From positions 192,001 to 256,000 of the forward strand of contig CBDBFU010000013.1 of the NCBI GenBank assembly GCA_965205025.1: a stretch of DNA of 64,000 nucleotides. The letters are read 5' to 3'. The notes under the pieces are model-generated. The model saw only the letters and a program-made list of their open reading frames with translations. It was not told the origin of the DNA and did not search any database. Shown here in pieces: positions 29,277 through 39,149 of this stretch. How positions within the stretch are numbered: the first letter of the stretch is position 1; the number at the start of each line of letters is the position of its first letter. The translations under genes and the position numbers were made by a program. Origin of the DNA: Candidatus Poribacteria bacterium (GTDB lineage: Bacteria; Poribacteria; WGA-4E; WGA-3G).

Positions 29277-30710
29277 TCAATTCGTGGCTGCCAAAACCCT
29301 ATTGAATTTAGGTGGGTTATTATGACTTATATGTTCATGACTCCCTAAAAACTTTTCAACACCGCGCACAACTGCAGCAGCTATCTTCTGTTGATATGTT
29401 TCAGAAGTGAGCTTTTGTCCTTCAGAAGGGTTGGTAATAAACCCTGTTTCAATAAGAATTGCAGGAACAGTTGTTCCTATTAGAACAACAAAGCGTGCAT
29501 GTTTAACCCCGCGATCTGTAGCACCTGTGGCGTTGACCAATTCCTGTTGAACATGTTGTGCCAATCTACGGCTGTCTTTACTCTTACTCTCGACGATTAT
29601 ACCTTTTAAGAGCGATTCCAATTCTTGTATACTATATCCTGAGTATGTATTTTCTCGTGCTGCGATAAGTTCCGAATTCTTATCCGTACTTGTAACATCT
29701 AAATAATATGTCTCAATACCGTTAGCTTTCAAATTTTCACTTGCATTTGCATGAATACTCAAAAATAGGTCTGCTTTATGTTTTGTGGCAAATGCTGTAC
29801 GGTCTTTTAATTCAATAAATCGGTCGGTATCTCTCGTTAACAGAACGTTGTATCCTTTTGCCGATAACAATGCTCCAATTTTCTTTGAAATACTAAGCGC
29901 AATAGGTTTTTCTATTAGATTACCAGAACTGACGCCTCCAGGATCTTTACCACCGTGGCCAGCATCAATAACAATCGTTTTAGCCGTCAATCCGAATTCA
30001 CGAGTCAATGATTCAGGGGTTAATGTTTCTGGTTTGGAGGTAGTTGGGGCAGGTTTAGTTTGTGGCTTTGTCTTTTCTTGTGTTTTAATTGATTGTGCTG
30101 TAGGTTTGGGTTCTATCTTCTGTCCTTTTAGTTCTTTCAACTCTCTTGATGCAATAGTTACTACCTCTTTTGCGGATGCTGATTCAACGATGTCGACATA
30201 CAATGTTTCAGCACGGGTTTTATATCCATGTTGAACATACGATCTACCCAATTCCAACTTCGCTTCTGAGGCAACATCAGTATTTGCATATCGGTTAATT
30301 ACTATCTGGTAATGATGCACAGCACGGGCGGAATCCCCTACTAATGTATAGCAGCGACCTATCCAGTAATGCGCTTGAGGTAAATGCGTGGAGTCAGGAT
30401 AGGTATAAATTAATCTCCGAAAGGCTGAAATTGCCTTTTGTGGTGCTTCAGTATCTCCAGATTTAATACACCAAACCCAACTGGACGCAATAGCAAATTG
30501 CACATCATCAGCAGATTCATTCTTGGCATCAGTCTGAAGTAATTTCTCGAAATCAGAGATCAATGAATACCATTCATCAAGTGTTGTTTGTTTTTCTCCA
30601 CTTGTATAGGTGTAATGCTTATCAAGCAATTGATTATGTTGTGGCATGCTAACACAACCAAGGAAGCACAACATTAAAAGGGGTACCATACACAGAGAAT
30701 ACGATTTCAT
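29277..30710 (-). CDS. N-acetylmuramoyl-L-alanine amidase (Amidase_3) with N-terminal TPR domain, probable lipoprotein
   Basis: FLGC lipobox; YPDS..PQAHYWIG TPR; IVIDAGHGGKDPG, SIHANA, ILIETGF. Confidence 0.88.
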   Translation of the reverse strand: MKSYSLCMVPLLMLCFLGCVSMPQHNQLLDKHYTYTSGEKQTTLDEWYSLISDFEKLLQTDAKNESADDVQFAIASSWVWCIKSGDTEAPQKAISAFRRLIYTYPDSTHLPQAHYWIGRCYTLVGDSARAVHHYQIVINRYANTDVASEAKLELGRSYVQHGYKTRAETLYVDIVESASAKEVVTIASRELKELKGQKIEPKPTAQSIKTQEKTKPQTKPAPTTSKPETLTPESLTREFGLTAKTIVIDAGHGGKDPGGVSSGNLIEKPIALSISKKIGALLSAKGYNVLLTRDTDRFIELKDRTAFATKHKADLFLSIHANASENLKANGIETYYLDVTSTDKNSELIAARENTYSGYSIQELESLLKGIIVESKSKDSRRLAQHVQQELVNATGATDRGVKHARFVVLIGTTVPAILIETGFITNPSEGQKLTSETYQQKIAAAVVRGVEKFLGSHEHISHNNPPKFNRVLAATN

Positions 30711-30890
30711 TCTTAAAACTCCTCTGCTTTCTTTTAAATTGACATAGCACAATTCAACCTTATGCTATGCAGATATAGAGAATCTTAATGTTTATTTTTA
30801 TTCTTGATTACCAAAGTATAAAACGATGAAGATGACATCTTCGTTACTAAATGCGAATTAATACCATTTCTATATGATAATATTGTTCAC

Positions 30891-31006
30891 TGAAAAAACC
30901 TATTGAAAAACCTATTGAAAATGTTGTATAATAGTCGTTGCGACGAAACAAAACAGCACAAAACAACACAAAGCAAAAGTGACTGTCAGAAATGACAGTC
31001 ACTTTT
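30891..31006 (+). promoter_or_regulatory. sigma70-like promoter with direct repeats, followed by a perfect 14-bp GAAA-loop hairpin
   Basis: TTGAAA 30903-30908, TATAAT 30927-30932; aaaagtgactgtca-gaaa-tgacagtcactttt 30975-31006. Confidence 0.6.
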
Positions 31007-31066
31007 AATCGTACCAATAGTATCAAATTATATTTAATAAGGATATTATTCTATAAGGAGCATACA

Positions 31067-31378
31067 ATGGCTGCGAAAACGTACTTAATCCACAATAAAT
31101 TGTTTGATGAGACGTTTATTGCACATATTGAAAATAATGGTGCGGGTTGGGTCGGTTTAGTGCCAGACATACCAGAACTCAGGTGCTACGGTGATACTGT
31201 TGAAGCAGTTGAAAAAAAATTACCGGGCGAAGTCAATCAGGAGTTGATACGGGAAGAAGAAGCGTGGGAACGCTTATTGACTGACGCTGCCACGTCCGAA
31301 ACAATCGCAAAACTTGAAGCTCAAACCCAGCAAAACTACAATGAGGGGAAATACACTGAACTTGTCTGTCTATCATGA
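31067..31378 (+). CDS. HicB-like fold antitoxin candidate (copy 1)
   Basis: W.G.VPDIPELRCYGDTVE HicB-like motif; AAGGAG RBS; ATGA overlap with the toxin. Confidence 0.65.
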   Translation: MAAKTYLIHNKLFDETFIAHIENNGAGWVGLVPDIPELRCYGDTVEAVEKKLPGEVNQELIREEEAWERLLTDAATSETIAKLEAQTQQNYNEGKYTELVCLS

Positions 31379-31647
31379 ACAATCTTGATTTTCAACACGT
31401 TCAGGACAACAATTTTCATAATTTAGTCAATGCACTTCCAAGCAATGTACAATCTAAAGTTCTAAAACAATTTGAATATTTAATGACAATTGTTCTGCCC
31501 CCATCATTACGATTCAAAAAGGTGGCAGGACGATGGTCTATACGCATTGACCGAAACTACAGAGCTTTAGGAAAAGAAATTAACGGCACAAATTTATGGT
31601 ATTGGGTTGGTCATAAAAACGAGGTTGATAAAATCTTGAAATCGTGA
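31375..31647 (+). CDS. RelE/ParE-like toxin (copy 1)
   Basis: PSLRFKKV..RWSIRI...YRALG......WYWVGH. Confidence 0.75.
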   Translation: MNNLDFQHVQDNNFHNLVNALPSNVQSKVLKQFEYLMTIVLPPSLRFKKVAGRWSIRIDRNYRALGKEINGTNLWYWVGHKNEVDKILKS

Positions 31648-31721
31648 CAGTAAAAAAATTTGTATACTAAACAACAATGCTTTAATAGTCTTGTATCAAC
31701 CAGTTTTAGAAGGAGAATATC

Positions 31722-32039
31722 ATGGATTTTAAGGATGGATACCCATTGACCTGTTTCGTGCACAATGAGTCTTTTGATGAAACCTATACAGCCTACATCC
31801 AAAAGAACGGCACCGGTTTTTTGGGGCATATTCCTGACTTCCCAGAAGTGGAATGTCCGGGGGATACTATTGAGTCTGTCAAAGCACAGCTGCACGATGC
31901 GCTTGACCAAGCCCTAAATGAGATTGAAGATGCTTGGGAAAAACAGTTTGAAGCAGATGTCAAAGAGGGACGCCTTGAACCGCTTGTGCAAAAAGCGAAG
32001 GAAAATTATAAGGCAGGGAAGTATACCCGGATTGTTTGA
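31722..32039 (+). CDS. HicB-like fold antitoxin candidate (copy 2)
   Basis: GHIPDFPEVECPGDTIE plus DAWEKQFEADVKEGRLE tail. Confidence 0.7.
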   Translation: MDFKDGYPLTCFVHNESFDETYTAYIQKNGTGFLGHIPDFPEVECPGDTIESVKAQLHDALDQALNEIEDAWEKQFEADVKEGRLEPLVQKAKENYKAGKYTRIV

Positions 32040-32044
32040 AGTTC

Positions 32045-32311
32045 ATGCAAAAGTTTTAACATGTAATCAATGACGAATTTGTAGCACTTGCTGACAATCT
32101 TCCAAGCGATATTCAAAGATCTATTGCCAAACAATTTCAATTTTTACGAGTCAACCCACTTCACCCATCGCTCAAATTCAAAAAAGTGTCAGGACGATGG
32201 TCACTACGTATCACTAAGGATTACCGAGCACTCGGTTATGAACAAGATGATGATACCATTACATGGTATTGGGTCGGGCAACATGATGAGTATGAAAAGA
32301 GAATCAAGTAG
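32045..32311 (+). pseudogene. RelE/ParE-like toxin (copy 2) with in-frame TAA at codon 5
   Basis: MQKF*HVINDEF...HPSLKFKKVSGRWSLRITKDYRALG...WYWVGQHDEYEKRIK; missed by the ORF track. Confidence 0.8.
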
Positions 32312-32353
32312 TAGAAATACTGAAGTGTGATCGACAGGAAAATAAAGATTTTC

Positions 32354-32393
32354 AAATGCCTCTACAGAGTTGTAGGGGTGTTTTCTTTTTTTG
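32354..32393 (+). terminator. intrinsic terminator after the TA cluster
   Basis: atgcctctaca-gagt-tgtaggggtgt followed by a T-run. Confidence 0.6.
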
Positions 32394-32459
32394 GCTTAAT
32401 AAGGACGTGAGACGTAAAAACCTAAAAATTGCTATTTATATAGTTCACATTACGATCAC

Positions 32460-32850
32460 TCTTAGTAGTCCCCCTGATAAGGGGGATTTAGGGGGTTTCT
32501 TTAATTGATAATGCACGATCATTATTTAGAAATGGTATTACATCACGATGTTTCCTCACGCCAGCGGCGTGATATGTCTATAGAAATAAGAAGCAGAAAA
32601 CTCTGCACTCCAGCGGAGTGCTATGTAGAGATGTCCGCTTTGGACATAAATATGCAACCCCTTGGTAGGTTCACCCCAGACCCAGTAGGCGGGGAATGCT
32701 GTATAGTATTCATACCCGGGGAATGCCATAAGGCATTCATACCGTTGATTCCTTGATTCCTTGATTCCTTGAGTCCCGTAGGGACGGAATGTCTATAGCA
32801 CAGGTGTATACCCGTAATTGAGTCCCGTAGGGACGGAATGTTTATAGAAT
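32460..32850. repeat. REP cluster with self-nested ~34-nt element
   Basis: cacgccagcggcgtg/cactccagcggagtg block (near-identical at 37760-37870), gagtcccgtagggacgg x2, nested element 32690-32766. Confidence 0.8.
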
Positions 32851-33025
32851 CCCTTTGAACTAAATTAACTTCTCCGATTTGCTATTAATGTAAACTAATT
32901 AAGTAAAATTGGTAATACTAAATTGACACGTAATAATACGGATGTCAGATTTTATAAGCAAAATATGAGCATATAGAGTAAAATATGGATAAGAGACTTT
33001 ACCAAATTATGCACGGAGATAACTT

Positions 33026-35968
33026 ATGGCAAGAGATAAGAGAGAGAAAGAGGTTAAGGATTACCGACACGACTCATCAACACGAAAGAATAACCCACCC
33101 GCTGGTATCGCTGGACAGGCGAGAACACCCGAAACTCCCAAACAGGAATACGCATATAATCCACATTTACCACCCATATTGCGCTCCGATCCGAACGGTG
33201 ATGTAGACAAACTTCACGAACTCCTCGAAAGAGCACAGAAACAACCCCTCACATCAGAAGAGGCGAAAAGAATTGCGGATGCACTCAAACATCATGAACC
33301 GTGGTTAGAATGGTCAGGGAAACAAGAAGCAAAATCCTTTACTGTTGACCCAGTTGCATTGCATGTGCATGAACGCGTGAGTGCAAAAGCAATTTTAAAG
33401 GTAGCAGAACGTGAAAATGTCCAACGCCAACTCTTTGCTGACCCACAGCAGACATATAACGAGGCGGTCGAGTTTTACAAGCACGATGTGGATTGGGCAA
33501 ATAGGCTAATTCTTGGGGATAGTCTGATGGTGATGAGTTCTCTTGCGAAACGTGAAGATCTTGCTGGTAAAGTACAGATGATTTACATTGATCCACCCTA
33601 CGGTATTAATTTCTCTTCTAATTTTCAATCAACAGTATTCCAACGTGATGTAAAGAATAGAGACCAAGATTTGACGCGTGAAGCAGAACAGGTAAAGGCA
33701 TACCGTGACACATGGACACTCGGTATACATTCCTACCTTGCATATCTCCGTGATAGGTTAATTGTTGCCAAAGATTTGTTGACAGATAGCGGGAGTATCT
33801 TTGTGCAAATTAGTGATGAGAATGTTCATCGGGTAAGGGTTATAATGGATGAAGTGTTTGGTAGTAAAAATTTCTATGCTATGATAAATTTCAGAAGCAT
33901 GAGTCCTTTGGGACAAAAAGGAATCGCTCGAATTTATGATTATATCATGTGGTATGCCAAGGATATAGATCAGATAAAATTTAGACCGCTGTTCTTTTAT
34001 AGAGACTTAATGGATGAATCAGAGTTCTCTTTTCTTGATAGAGGTGACGGAACCTATGAGAAATTGCCAAGATCCGATATCCAAAATCTATCCTCTGAAC
34101 AATTGCATAAGGTATTTAAGAGATCAGTTCTAACATCTTCTGGATATACACCATCTTGCACCTATGATTTCAAATATGAGGGGAGTACATTTAGTCCGTT
34201 AAGTCGTAAAAGTTGGCGTACAACTTTAGATGGAAATAGACGTTTATCATTAGCTAAAAGGCTTTTAATCTTAGGAAAGAATCTCTACTATCGGCAATAT
34301 CATAGTGACTTTCCATTAATTCAGATGGAAAATAGTTGGACAGATACTGCCGCTGGATTTAGCGATTCTAAACGATATGTTGTTGAAACTAATCCAAAAA
34401 TAATTCAACGCTGCTTACATATGACTACTGATCCTGGGGACCTTGTCCTTGATCCTACCTGTGGTAGTGGTACTACTGCCTATGTGGCTGAGCAGTGGGG
34501 TCGACGGTGGATTACAATTGACACCAGTCGGGTTTCTCTTGCATTAGCACGACAACGTCTGTTAACAAGTAGTTTCGAGTATTATGAACTGAAAGATGAA
34601 ATGAGTGGTGTTGCAAGAGGATTTATTAATAAAGTCGCACCACACATCACGCTCAGAAGCATTGCCCAAAACACCGCCCTTGACCCTATCTTTGAAAAGC
34701 ATGAACCCATTCTTAAAGAAAAATTGGATACATTGAATAGTGCTTTGGTTGAAATTACAGACGACATCCGATCGAAACTCCTTGCGAAACTTGTAGAGAA
34801 AGAAAAACGCGATGGGAAAAGATCCATCACAGAGGCAGATAGACGACGATGGCAACTACCAGAAACGGAATGGCAGGAGTGGGAAGTGCCGTTTGACACC
34901 GATCCGGATTGGACGGATGCATTAAAGAAAGCGTTGACCGATTATAGAGAAGCATGGCGTGCAAAGATGGATGAGGTAAATGAATGTATTGCTGCTGCCT
35001 CTGATGGTGAGGAGTTGGTTGACCAACCAGAGATAGACAGAAGACGAATTCGTGTGAGTGGTCCCTTTACTGTGGAAGCGGTGCAGCCTCCTGAAGAATA
35101 TCTTGATATGGAGTCTCCTATCGGTGGAGAACCCGAAGAATTGGACGAAACATTTGATGAAACTGAAAATGATACACACGAAGATGTGAATGCAGAGGCG
35201 TATCTTGACAAAATGATTCGTCTTTTACGTGAAGATGGTGTGAAGTTTCCTGATGATAATAAACAGAAATTCGCTACGCTGAATCCTTTTGATGGTGGTA
35301 TTTTACACGCTGAAGGGAGTTGGGAAAATGGTGATTCGGATCGACGGGTTGCGGTCGCGTTCGGTCCACAACACGGACCTGTGACCGCAGTACAGGTTGA
35401 ACAGTGTGTACGTGCAGCATATCGAAATGCATTTGATGATCTTATATTTGCAGGTTTTAGTTTTGATGGTGCAGCACAAGCTGCCATTCAAGACGATCTG
35501 AATCCGAGTGTACGTATCCACATGGCTAATATCAGTCCTGATGTGGTGATGGATGACCTCCTGAAGAATACTTCCTCCACGCAATTGTTTACGGTGTTCG
35601 GATTGCCGCGTACAACCCTTGAGAAACAAGACAATGGTGAGTATGTTATTACGATGGAAGGGGTGGACATTTATAATCCTGTGGATAACACCTTGAGTTC
35701 TGCTGGTGCGGATAAGGTGGCAGCATGGTTTCTTGATTCTGATTATGATGGTCGAACTTTCTGTATTACGCAAGCGTTCTTTCCTGACAGAAAGGCATGG
35801 GACAAAATTGCGCGTGATCTTAAGGGTGTGATTGACGCGGAGAGTTTTGAGATGTTCAGTGGAACAGAATCGTTACCATTTCCTATGGGGCAACATAGAT
35901 GTGCTGCCGTTAAAGTCATTGATCCGCGCGGGAATGAGGTGATGCGGGTGCATAATTTGGATGCGTAG
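33026..35968 (+). CDS. mod: type III R-M methyltransferase (Mod; N6-adenine, beta-type motif order)
   Basis: NRLILGDSL, IYIDPPY, LDPTCGSGTT, C-terminal AVKVIDPRGNE. Confidence 0.9.
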   Translation: MARDKREKEVKDYRHDSSTRKNNPPAGIAGQARTPETPKQEYAYNPHLPPILRSDPNGDVDKLHELLERAQKQPLTSEEAKRIADALKHHEPWLEWSGKQEAKSFTVDPVALHVHERVSAKAILKVAERENVQRQLFADPQQTYNEAVEFYKHDVDWANRLILGDSLMVMSSLAKREDLAGKVQMIYIDPPYGINFSSNFQSTVFQRDVKNRDQDLTREAEQVKAYRDTWTLGIHSYLAYLRDRLIVAKDLLTDSGSIFVQISDENVHRVRVIMDEVFGSKNFYAMINFRSMSPLGQKGIARIYDYIMWYAKDIDQIKFRPLFFYRDLMDESEFSFLDRGDGTYEKLPRSDIQNLSSEQLHKVFKRSVLTSSGYTPSCTYDFKYEGSTFSPLSRKSWRTTLDGNRRLSLAKRLLILGKNLYYRQYHSDFPLIQMENSWTDTAAGFSDSKRYVVETNPKIIQRCLHMTTDPGDLVLDPTCGSGTTAYVAEQWGRRWITIDTSRVSLALARQRLLTSSFEYYELKDEMSGVARGFINKVAPHITLRSIAQNTALDPIFEKHEPILKEKLDTLNSALVEITDDIRSKLLAKLVEKEKRDGKRSITEADRRRWQLPETEWQEWEVPFDTDPDWTDALKKALTDYREAWRAKMDEVNECIAAASDGEELVDQPEIDRRRIRVSGPFTVEAVQPPEEYLDMESPIGGEPEELDETFDETENDTHEDVNAEAYLDKMIRLLREDGVKFPDDNKQKFATLNPFDGGILHAEGSWENGDSDRRVAVAFGPQHGPVTAVQVEQCVRAAYRNAFDDLIFAGFSFDGAAQAAIQDDLNPSVRIHMANISPDVVMDDLLKNTSSTQLFTVFGLPRTTLEKQDNGEYVITMEGVDIYNPVDNTLSSAGADKVAAWFLDSDYDGRTFCITQAFFPDRKAWDKIARDLKGVIDAESFEMFSGTESLPFPMGQHRCAAVKVIDPRGNEVMRVHNLDA

Positions 35969-35974
35969 AGGTTG

Positions 35975-36335
35975 TCTGAATCGCAGATTTCACGGATTTC
36001 ACGGAGAAGAGGATTATACCATTTTCAATTGATACACTTACATTATGACTTACGTAATTCAATGATCATCATATACATATAATGAGTCCCGGGGAATGCC
36101 TAAATGGCATTCATACCCGGGGAATGCTAAATAGCATTCATACCGTTGATTCCTTGATTTGGTAGGGACGGAATGTCTATAGAAAACGTGTTTAGCCACT
36201 ATCTTGAGTCCCGTAGGGACGGAATGTCTATAGAAAACGTACTGACCCTAAACAATAAGCCCCATCGGGGCGAAAGGTTTGTAGAAAAGCATATAAAAAA
36301 TGAGGTTCAGCCCCAGCGGGGCGAAAGGTGTGTCG
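35975..36335. repeat. repeat block: 9-mer cacggattt tandem, self-nested ~34-nt element in a gagtcccgtagggacg REP, gcccc REPs
   Basis: Direct reading; nested element at 36090-36159. Confidence 0.8.
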
Positions 36336-36455
36336 AAACATAATGTCTGAAGAGAAAACTCACGAATTATATGATTTTATACAGCAATGCAGTGATGAAA
36401 CGCATTTGTGTATTGTGAGCTTTATTTTTAGATAAATACAAACGGAGGTAAAAAC

Positions 36456-36878
36456 ATGAGCATTATAATGCCAACTGGTAAAAGTGGAATATTCGGAGAC
36501 CTAAAACAACATGGCAGAGCACGCGCAGTCTTACCAATCCTTATACTCCGCGCACAAGAACATAATACCATCACTTTCGGAGAATTAGGAAATGCTATCG
36601 GTTTCCGACGCTATGATCTCTTTGGTGGTATTCTTGACTGTATCAACACAGAACTTCATGGAATAAACACAGATCTTCCAACGCTATCAACAATTGTTGT
36701 TAGAAAAAACAATGACGGAAATAAGGAACCGAGTAGTTGGATGGCAAATCAGATGCGGGAACAGTTGAATTTGGAGCCTACGTGGGAGAATTACCACCGT
36801 ATCTGCATTCAACCTGTTTTTGATTATCCAGACTGGGATAAGGTTATGAACGAAATTATCCAGTCACAAAATTGGTGA
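36456..36878 (+). CDS. hypothetical protein (winged-helix-like, restriction-associated type)
   Basis: GGAGG RBS; ITFGELGNAIG...LDCIN...LPTLSTIVVRK pattern. Confidence 0.6.
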   Translation: MSIIMPTGKSGIFGDLKQHGRARAVLPILILRAQEHNTITFGELGNAIGFRRYDLFGGILDCINTELHGINTDLPTLSTIVVRKNNDGNKEPSSWMANQMREQLNLEPTWENYHRICIQPVFDYPDWDKVMNEIIQSQNW

Positions 36879-36946
36879 TAAAGTGTGATGTGTCTAAAAT
36901 ATTTTACTTGGCAATATGTCTAACACATGCTTTTCAATATTCATTT

Positions 36947-37138
36947 TTATTCTTTGCGTATATCTTTGTAAACTAAATTTTGCAGTATGACATTAAGTAA
37001 TAAAATAATTAACGTTTCATTTGTGTTGTGTGAACCTTCGTAAAAAATATTATCTATAACCTGAAAGGTAAAAATACCGAAAAATATAAGCAGGGTTATG
37101 CTAAAAAAAATAAACATAACTTTGTAAAATTTATTCAT
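36947..37138 (-). CDS. small two-TM membrane protein (63 aa), paralog A
   Basis: TAAGGA RBS; two hydrophobic stretches; shares IDNIFYEGS and KDI.KE with paralog B. Confidence 0.65.
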   Translation of the reverse strand: MNKFYKVMFIFFSITLLIFFGIFTFQVIDNIFYEGSHNTNETLIILLLNVILQNLVYKDIRKE

Positions 37139-37153
37139 TTTTTAATCCTTACA

Positions 37154-37190
37154 GTTTCCATTCCCTTCAAACGGGAAAGTAGTTCCGATC
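37154..37190 (-). repeat. solitary CRISPR-repeat-like sequence (37 nt)
   Basis: Minus strand gatcggaactactttcccgtttgaagggaatggaaac: TTCCC/GGGAA hairpin and GAAAC 3' end. Confidence 0.55.
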
Positions 37191-37230
37191 TTGACAATAT
37201 GTCTAATACATGCTTTTTCAATATTCATTT

Positions 37231-37446
37231 TTATTCTTTGCCTATATCTTTGGCATCTAATTTTTGTAGTATAGTAAATAATAACATCATAATAGCTATT
37301 AATAATACAATAATAACTGTTTCACTTATATTGGATGAACCTTCGTAAAAAATATTATCTATTAACTGCAAGATAAAAACCCCGACACATATAAAAAAGG
37401 CTATGGGACATAAAATAAACATAACTCTGTATTGTTTTTTAGACAT
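37231..37446 (-). CDS. small two-TM membrane protein (71 aa), paralog B
   Basis: TAAGGA RBS; tandem duplicate of 36947-37138 including flanks. Confidence 0.65.
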   Translation of the reverse strand: MSKKQYRVMFILCPIAFFICVGVFILQLIDNIFYEGSSNISETVIIVLLIAIMMLLFTILQKLDAKDIGKE

Positions 37447-37466
37447 TTTAATTTTTAATCCTTACG

Positions 37467-37503
37467 GTTTCACTTCCCTCCAAATGGGAAAGAATTTTTA
37501 CCA
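37467..37503 (-). repeat. degenerate second CRISPR-repeat-like sequence
   Basis: Plus strand gtttcacttccctccaaatgggaaag versus gtttccattcccttcaaacgggaaag at 37154. Confidence 0.45.
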
Positions 37504-37609
37504 TCCCATTCTTCATACTTCCACTTCTCCAGCCTTCTATTCAAATTCGGTTCAAAAAGTACACTACATTAACAATTATATCAAGAAAAAATGAAATTCA
37601 CTATCTTAT

Positions 37610-38460
37610 TAATATAGTTTGGACAATTATCAGATGTTTTAGGTTGACCTAATACTACTATAGTTTGGACAATTTTAGACATAGCACTCCGCTGGAGCAA
37701 GACGCACAACTTATCTGTGTGTTAGATGTGATCAATAGAGAACTAACTACACCGGCCTTACGATGTCTCCTCACGCCAGCGGCGTGATATGTCTATAGAA
37801 ATAAAAGGCAGAAAACCCCGCACTCCAGCGGAGTGCTATGTAGAGATGTCCGCTTTGGACATAAATATGCTTTTCAGTCATTTATACCGACCCTAAAACT
37901 ATCAGGAAAACAGAGAAACCCTTGAAACACGACATGAGACCGACAGAAACTGTCCAAAATATAGTATGCGATATTAACTTGTAGAAAATCTATCATATAC
38001 AAATAAGAACAGCCCCAGCGGGGCGGAAGGTGTGTAGAAAACGACGGATAGGAAAAACTAAGCCCCGGAGGGGCGAAAGGTGTATTGGAAAAACATAATG
38101 CCTGAAAAGAAAACCCACGAATTATATGACTTCATTCAACAGTGCACCGATGAGATGTCTACAGAATATGAACGGATTTATAAAGATCAACTGAAAATTA
38201 AGGATCGCTGGGAATCAATGAGAAGAAAATTGAGATGATTATTACGTGGCTGGCTTCCTTGCAACATCAACGTCAATTTAAGAATACACCTTTCGCCCCG
38301 CTGGGGCTTTATACATTGGGTTTCAACGTTTTCTATAAACCTTTCGCCCCGCTGGGGCTTTTAACAGGGTTATTTAGTTTTAAGAATTATCAGTAAATTA
38401 GTATTACCGATAATTTATTTCGTAGATTGGGTTGAACCGTAGGTGAAACCTAACATTTCC
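37610..38460. repeat. REP/MITE cluster
   Basis: tatagtttggacaatt/aactgtccaaaatatagta ends; cacgccagcggcgtg block; gccccagcggggcg copies in both orientations. Confidence 0.75.
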
Positions 38461-38662
38461 TGTATGTCTAGGGTTACATGTTGCTTTTTATAGAAATGTG
38501 AAAAAATATAGAAGTAAAACCGAAAACTAAATAACCCTGGAAGTCGTGGATAAACATGGATTAAGTATAGTAAATAATGCTATAATTTCTGGCATGTGTT
38601 CGTAGAATTCCAATCCACGAAACTGAAATTCAGCGAGCAGCGCGTCCGGACGTTAAAATACA

Positions 38663-38691
38663 TTGACTTTCCACCCAAATTATCACATAAT
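38663..38691 (+). promoter_or_regulatory. sigma70-like promoter of TA pair 3
   Basis: TTGACT-17 nt-CATAAT. Confidence 0.6.
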
Positions 38692-38740
38692 ACTATATTA
38701 CCAAATATTGTACAGATAGGCTTTATTGGAGGATCAAGAC

Positions 38741-39076
38741 ATGGACCATATCCAAACATTCAAAATTCATGACGTGGAAGATGGCGAGATCTATACCGCA
38801 AAAATCCAAAAAAATGGCAAGAAGTGGATGGGGTGGATACAGGAATACCCCAAAGTCAAGTGTGAGGCAGATACACAAGACGCATTACTGGAAATCCTCG
38901 AAAACACGCTTTATCAAAGCCTTGAAGCAGATTGGCAAGCATGGGACAAACAATTAGAGGCAGACGTAAGAGCAGGAAAACTTGACACTATCCTTGAACG
39001 AGTCAGTGCTGACTTTCATGCGGGTAAATGTGAAGACTTAAGGGTATTTCTTTCAAAGAAAGCCGCTGAGGAGTAG
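38741..39076 (+). CDS. HicB-like fold antitoxin candidate (copy 3)
   Basis: GGAGGA RBS; WMGWIQEYPKVKCEADTQD plus AWDKQLEADVRAGKLD. Confidence 0.7.
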   Translation: MDHIQTFKIHDVEDGEIYTAKIQKNGKKWMGWIQEYPKVKCEADTQDALLEILENTLYQSLEADWQAWDKQLEADVRAGKLDTILERVSADFHAGKCEDLRVFLSKKAAEE

Positions 39077-39149
39077 AGTGCTGCGTCTAAAATTTTGAAA
39101 CTTGCCATATTTCGTTTTAACCTACGCAAATCGAAACGTGCAAAGAAAT

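Noticed and set aside
32045-32059. Possible stop-codon readthrough or recoding in toxin 2
   Set aside because: TAA terminates many genes here; a CAA-to-TAA change (the paralog has FQH) or a sequencing error is simpler.
32088-32330. 80-aa ORF from the track
   Set aside because: Shadow frame of the toxin pseudogene at 32045-32311.
33026-33700. Phase-variable simple-sequence repeat in mod
   Set aside because: No SSR tract seen in the 5' region.
34942-35773. Long antisense ORFs within mod (and similar ones inside the MFS, res and amidase genes)
   Set aside because: Antisense shadows of well-supported genes with no independent signals.
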